This document shows, piece by piece, positions 45,779 to 49,818 of a stretch of DNA of 49,818 nt. The translations under genes and the position numbers were made by a program. This stretch comes from Lysobacterales bacterium (GTDB taxonomy: Bacteria; Pseudomonadota; Gammaproteobacteria; Xanthomonadales; Ahniellaceae), in contig JBBRIE010000001.1 in the NCBI GenBank assembly GCA_038221545.1, forward strand, positions 1-49,818, read 5' to 3'. The notes under the pieces are model-generated. The model was not told the DNA's origin and made no database searches. It was given only the letters and a program-made list of their open reading frames with translations. How positions within the stretch are numbered: position 1 is the stretch's first letter; each line of letters opens with the position of its first letter.

Positions 45779-46438
45779 TCAGCGGCAGAACCGCGCCAGC
45801 GCGTCGCGCGCGCCTGCGTATTCCTGGTCGAGTAGCGCACGCCGGTCGTTGAATGCGCGTCGGCGTTCGCTGCCCGTCTCGTCGGCGCGCTGCTTCCACC
45901 AGCCGCAAAGTTCACCACGCGGCATGGCGCGGCACGTGTCCTCGACGTAGGTGTACTGGGCACCGAGGCGCGGATCGAGGGTGCCGCTGGCCAACCCGGG
46001 GCCGCTGCTGCCCACGCCAAGCGTCCACAGCGGTACGTAGCGCCCGCGCGGCGTGGGACTGGCGTTCACGTAACTGCTCCCGTCCGGTGACGTGCAACGG
46101 AACATCTGCGGCAACGGATCCTCGATGCGCACCTGCGCCACCGGCGGTGGCCTGGCCGGCTGCCCGGGCGGATCGGCGATCACGGACTCGACGGGCGGCG
46201 AACGATGCGCACGCGCCAGCAGCGGCGCGTCGAGGGCTTCCTCATGCTCCGCGCACGCGCGATCCCGGTAGGCGATGCTGCCGTCGCTCGCCCGGCACTT
46301 GAACACCTCGCCTGCGTCCACCTGCGAGGCGAAGCCAAGCACGCAGCCGAGCAGCGCGCCGACGCGCCGTTTCGACGCGCCCGCGTGGGCTGGCGGATCC
46401 GCAGTCATGGGCCGGATGCTACTCCCGCTGCGCAGCAT
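45779..46438 (-). CDS. DUF4124-like secreted protein
   Basis: After the signal peptide comes EVFKCRASDGSIAYRDRAC, which resembles the DUF4124 N-terminal motif. The start is ambiguous: 46441 GTG, 46438 ATG or 46408 ATG. It abuts the upstream stop. Confidence 0.5.
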   Translation of the reverse strand: MLRSGSSIRPMTADPPAHAGASKRRVGALLGCVLGFASQVDAGEVFKCRASDGSIAYRDRACAEHEEALDAPLLARAHRSPPVESVIADPPGQPARPPPVAQVRIEDPLPQMFRCTSPDGSSYVNASPTPRGRYVPLWTLGVGSSGPGLASGTLDPRLGAQYTYVEDTCRAMPRGELCGWWKQRADETGSERRRAFNDRRALLDQEYAGARDALARFCR

Positions 46439-47391
46439 CACTGCCAGGGCAGGCGCTCGAGGTCGAGGTTGCCACCGGAAACGATGACGCCGACGCGCTT
46501 GCCCGTGAACGGTTCGGGGTGCGCGAGGATCGCAGCGAGCGCGACCGCGGCGGACGGCTCAACGACCAGCTTGAGGCGCTCGAACATGAGGCGCATGGCT
46601 GCAACGATCTGGTCTTCGGTCGCGGTGGCGACGCCGGTGGCATGCTCGCGCAGGATCGCGAATGGCAATTCGCCGAGCGTGGCCCGCAGCCCGTCGCAGA
46701 TAGTGTCGATGGGCCATTCGGTGATCCGGCGGCCCTGCGCGAGCGATGCCTGGGCGTCCGCGGCGGAAGCCGGTTCCGCGCCCCAGACCTGGATGTGCGT
46801 AGAACGTCCGTGCGCCGCGATGGCAGTGCCGGACAACAGGCCGCCACCCGATACCGGCGCGACGACCACGTCGAGCGGCGCCGTGACCTGCTCCAGAAGC
46901 TCGAGCGTCGCGGTGCCCTGCCCGGCGATCACGCGCGCGTCGTCGAACGGATGCACCGCCACCGCGCCTGTTTCCGCGATCACTTCCGCCATCCCGGCAT
47001 TGCGCGCCGCCATGGTCGGGGCGCAGTCAATCACACGGGCGCCGTAGCGCGCGATCGCGGCGCGCTTGGTCGCGGCGATGCTGGTCGGGACCACCACGTA
47101 CGCCGGTACGCCCCGCAATTGCGCCGCGCGCGCGATCGCCGCCCCGTGGTTGCCGGAACTCTGCGTGGCGATGCCGCGCGCCGCGTCCGCATCGTCGAGC
47201 GAGAAGACCGCGTTGCAGGCACCGCGGAACTTGAACGCGCCGACGCGCTGGAAGTTCTCGCACTTGAACACAAGTTCGCAGCCGGCCAGGGCATCCAGGC
47301 TCGCGGACTGCAAGATGACGGTGCGACGGACCCACGGCGCTATGCGCCGGGCGGCCGTCTCGACCGCATCGATGTCGGGCAAGGCGTTCAT
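46438..47391 (-). CDS. PLP-dependent threonine/serine dehydratase (fold-type II)
   Basis: The start is at MNALPDIDAV (ATG at 47391). FKCENFQRVGAFKFRGA carries the PLP-binding Lys, and SSGNHGAA and GGGLLSG are present. Confidence 0.88.
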   Translation of the reverse strand: MNALPDIDAVETAARRIAPWVRRTVILQSASLDALAGCELVFKCENFQRVGAFKFRGACNAVFSLDDADAARGIATQSSGNHGAAIARAAQLRGVPAYVVVPTSIAATKRAAIARYGARVIDCAPTMAARNAGMAEVIAETGAVAVHPFDDARVIAGQGTATLELLEQVTAPLDVVVAPVSGGGLLSGTAIAAHGRSTHIQVWGAEPASAADAQASLAQGRRITEWPIDTICDGLRATLGELPFAILREHATGVATATEDQIVAAMRLMFERLKLVVEPSAAVALAAILAHPEPFTGKRVGVIVSGGNLDLERLPWQ

Positions 47392-48344
47392 GCCGCGGAG
47401 GATGCCGGAATCGGCAAGGTTCCGGTGCGTGCCCCGCCAAGGCTTGCAAGCGCAGAGCCGGCGACCACCAGCACGGCCCCGCACCACCCGAGCAGGGCGA
47501 CGCGCTCCGCCGCCATCGCGCCTGGCGCGAGCGCCGCGAACGCGTAGCCGCAGAGCAGCGTCAGCACCGGCGTCAGCGCCAGCACCAGGCTCACGCGCGA
47601 AGCCTGCCAGTGCGCCAGCGCCGCGGCAAAGGCGCCGTAGGCGACGAGGGTGTTGACCGAGCAGAACAGCAGCAGCCAGGCGTGGGTGGGGTCCATCGCC
47701 AGCAGCTGGCGCGGGTGCGCGAACGGCGCGAGCACCACGGCGCCGGCGACGAAGATGACACCCAGTACCGCCGCGACCGACAGCCGCGTGAGCAGTTGCT
47801 TCTGCGCCAATGCGTAGCCGGCCCACACGATCGCGGCGAGCAGCACCCAGGCGCTGCCGGCGAGATAGACCGCCGGCTGTGACTGTTGCCGCCACTGTTC
47901 GTGCGCAAACAGCGCGAGGCCCAACACCACGGCGGTCAAGCCGAGCCATTGCCAGAGGGCGTAGCGCTCGCGAAATACCACCAGCGCGCCAAGCGCCATG
48001 AGCAGCGGCGCGGCCTGGATCAGCAGTTGCGCGTTGGCGGGCGAGGTCGCGTCGACGCCGAACAGGTAGAAGACGTAGTTGCCGATGAGGCCGGCGCAGG
48101 CGAGCGCGAGCAGTTTCCGGTGTCCGCCGCCGATGCCCCGCAGCGAACCAAGTTCGCCGCGAAGGCCAAGCCAGCCCAGTGTCACCACGGCGGCGAAGAC
48201 GAAGCGGGCCCAGGTCAGAGTGATCGGGTCGAGTGCATCGAGCGTCAGCTTGAGCGCGATCGGCAGCGTCGACCAGCAGGCGGTGGTGACGAGCGCAAGC
48301 GCCAACCCCAATCGCCAGCGACCGCTCGGCTGATGGCGCGACAT
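47388..48344 (-). CDS. DMT-superfamily (EamA) transporter
   Basis: The start is taken at MSRHQPSG (ATG at 48344). It has about 10 TM segments with the two-EamA-repeat layout. The stop overlaps the dehydratase start (ATGA). Confidence 0.85.
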   Translation of the reverse strand: MSRHQPSGRWRLGLALALVTTACWSTLPIALKLTLDALDPITLTWARFVFAAVVTLGWLGLRGELGSLRGIGGGHRKLLALACAGLIGNYVFYLFGVDATSPANAQLLIQAAPLLMALGALVVFRERYALWQWLGLTAVVLGLALFAHEQWRQQSQPAVYLAGSAWVLLAAIVWAGYALAQKQLLTRLSVAAVLGVIFVAGAVVLAPFAHPRQLLAMDPTHAWLLLFCSVNTLVAYGAFAAALAHWQASRVSLVLALTPVLTLLCGYAFAALAPGAMAAERVALLGWCGAVLVVAGSALASLGGARTGTLPIPASSAA

Positions 48345-48610
48345 CCACTCTCCCCCGGGCGAACGACCCGGGAGTATAGGCGAGCGGTCGCAGCGTTCGG
48401 CGGCAAGCCGCACGCGTGCCAGCCGCGCCTGCCTCGGCACCGCGAGCAGCCGCTCGCACCTGCTTGTTCATTGTTGTATCAGGACGTGCCTGAGCCTTCG
48501 CGCGACGATCGTCGCAGCGGAAACCGGCAGGGTTCAGGGGTAATTCACGGCATTCGACGCACGATGAAGAAGCCGTGAACAAAAGGTTTCGGCGCTCGAG
48601 GAACCCGCCC

Positions 48611-49642
48611 ATGAAACGCCTGCTGCCATTCATCGCCCTCGGCCTGCTCGCTGGCTGCGTCAGCTACCCGGAATACGGCTACTACCAGGACGGCCGAGGC
48701 TACGGGTACGGCTACGATCGCTACGAGTATGCGGGCGACGACTACTACGACGACGGTGGCGATTACTACTTCGGCAACGCCCCCGACAGTGCGTACTACT
48801 ACGACGACGGCTACTACGGCTACGGTTCCCACTGGGCCGGATACGGCTACGGCGGGTCGGGCTATGGACTGGGTTCCTACCCCTATGTCGGGTTCGGAAT
48901 TTCGTCGGGCTACTACCCGTACGGCGGCTATTACCCGTACGGCGGCTACTACGGCCATCGCCGATCGCAGCGGCGCGACCGCAACGATCACGACGACCGC
49001 CGCAATCATGGCGACGCGGCGAGCGCGCGCTGGCCCGATGGTCGCGGACGGCACGACAGCGAAGGCGCCAACGACGCCGACGCCAGCAGTGTCGCCGCCC
49101 AGATTGCGCGGCAGCGCGGCGTCAGCGACGCCGCTGCAGCCCGCAGGTATTCGCCCGCCACCGACGCACGTGGCGGCTACTCGCGCCAGCGCGACGCGGG
49201 CGGCTGGCGCAGCGACTATCCCGAGGCGCAACTCGTGTCGCCACGCGCCGGGGCCTCGGGCGACGTGTACTCGCGACAGCCTTCGGTCGCGCCGCAACTA
49301 CGCGAACCGGCGCGGCAGGCCCGCGGATGGAATGGCGAGCCCCAGTATCGCCAACAGCCCCGCGACCAGCCCGCGCGGGTCTGGCGAGGGACGCAGCAAG
49401 CCGAGTCGCGTGGAGACCCTTCGCCACGCTGGAACCTGAGCCCAGGCGTGCAGCCGGGTGCCGCCCGTACCGATGCTCGCCAACCGCAAGCGGCGCCGCG
49501 GTTCCAGACGGCGCCGCGCAGTGACGCTGCGACACAGCGGTTTTCGCAGCCATCCCCGCAGCCGCGTATCGAGTCGCGCGGTGATACCGGCGGATCGACC
49601 GGAAACTCCCGTCGGGAACGGGACATGAACGACGAGCGTTGA
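48611..49642 (+). CDS. Lipoprotein with Tyr/Gly-rich low-complexity region and long disordered R/Q/P-rich tail
   Basis: MKRLLPFIALGLLAGC carries the lipobox LAGC. About 100 aa dominated by Y, G and D follow (YGYYQDGRGYGYGYDRYEYAGDDYYDDGGDYYF...GYYPYGGYYPYGGYYGH), then about 220 aa rich in R, Q, P, S, A and D. I recognise no family. Confidence 0.55.
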   Translation: MKRLLPFIALGLLAGCVSYPEYGYYQDGRGYGYGYDRYEYAGDDYYDDGGDYYFGNAPDSAYYYDDGYYGYGSHWAGYGYGGSGYGLGSYPYVGFGISSGYYPYGGYYPYGGYYGHRRSQRRDRNDHDDRRNHGDAASARWPDGRGRHDSEGANDADASSVAAQIARQRGVSDAAAARRYSPATDARGGYSRQRDAGGWRSDYPEAQLVSPRAGASGDVYSRQPSVAPQLREPARQARGWNGEPQYRQQPRDQPARVWRGTQQAESRGDPSPRWNLSPGVQPGAARTDARQPQAAPRFQTAPRSDAATQRFSQPSPQPRIESRGDTGGSTGNSRRERDMNDER

Positions 49643-49737
49643 AGTGTCCAATCGTGACCATGCCGTGCCCGGCCAGTCAGCTGGCAGCAGAGGTCGATTC
49701 GTATAATCCGGGCTGCAGCAACGAGCGCTGCAGCGAA

Positions 49738-49810
49738 TCAAAAATTCTGGTGCCCGGGTTCTAGTCCTCTTGGATTCCCCCCTGTTCCCGAAAGGTCTAC
49801 CGGGCATCAG
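49738..49810 (-). terminator. Long imperfect hairpin followed by T5 on the minus strand; probable terminator of a gene beyond the window end
   Basis: CTGATGCCCGG (reverse complement of 49800..49810) pairs with CCGGGCACCAG (reverse complement of 49747..49757): 11 bp with one G-U. The stem is extended inward by TAGACCT/AGGACTA. On the minus strand it is followed by AATTTTTGA. Confidence 0.4.
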
Positions 49811-49818
49811 ATTCTCAC

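Noticed and set aside
49702-49734. TATAAT hexamer at 49702..49707 followed by the palindrome GCTGCAGC-N7-GCTGCAGC, as a promoter plus small RNA.
   Set aside because: No acceptable -35 element lies at 16-19 bp spacing and there is no extended -10 motif. The hairpin lacks a U-tract. The evidence is too weak to call.
49736-49818. tRNA, tmRNA or RNase P RNA 3' end on the minus strand (…GGACTAGAACCCGGGCACCA resembles an acceptor end, and AGAACCCGG resembles RNase P CR-V).
   Set aside because: There is no T-loop consensus (GTTCRANYC), no GGCTTA following AGAACCCGG, and no matching upstream arms within the window. The hairpin followed by T5 is more simply an intrinsic terminator for a gene beyond the window end.

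Overview
Visibly GC-rich bacterial chromosomal segment; codon third positions are almost all G/C, which produces many long spurious antisense ORFs in the track. Gene content and synteny (rhlB divergent from trxA-rho, ftsE-ftsX near rpoH, priA, ung, coq7, sppA) indicate a gammaproteobacterium, perhaps Xanthomonadales/Nevskiales-like. The taxon is inference only.

I support about 45 protein-coding genes, 2 decayed genes, and several repeats and regulatory candidates. I found no rRNA, tRNA, CRISPR array, transposase, integrase or prophage gene. Most of the window is housekeeping.

The non-routine parts are:
1. A partial type II secretion cluster (gspC, gspD, gspE, gspF only) interrupted by three unrelated genes. 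An 885-aa SBBP/DUF11 beta-propeller exoprotein gene within it is bracketed by a duplicated copy of the gspE 3' end.
2. A decayed yefM-yoeB toxin-antitoxin module: the antitoxin and its TGTACA operator are kept, and only the last ~27 codons of the toxin are left.
3. Rho and RhlB both carry long low-complexity extensions.
4. A kinase / acyl-CoA dehydrogenase / histidine phosphatase operon carries a less GC-rich secreted gene wedged in.
5. A head-to-head pair of perfect DnaA boxes plus a third degenerate box lies between priA and an ECF sigma operon.
6. An ECF sigma-DUF3619-DUF3106 operon converges on a tightly coupled SDR-DUF3667-DUF4286 operon.
7. Secreted or lipoproteins with unusual composition or C-terminal anchors.

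I did not recognise a clear-cut new defence or mobile system. The items above are the best candidates for follow-up. All family assignments come from motif recognition by eye, not from searches.
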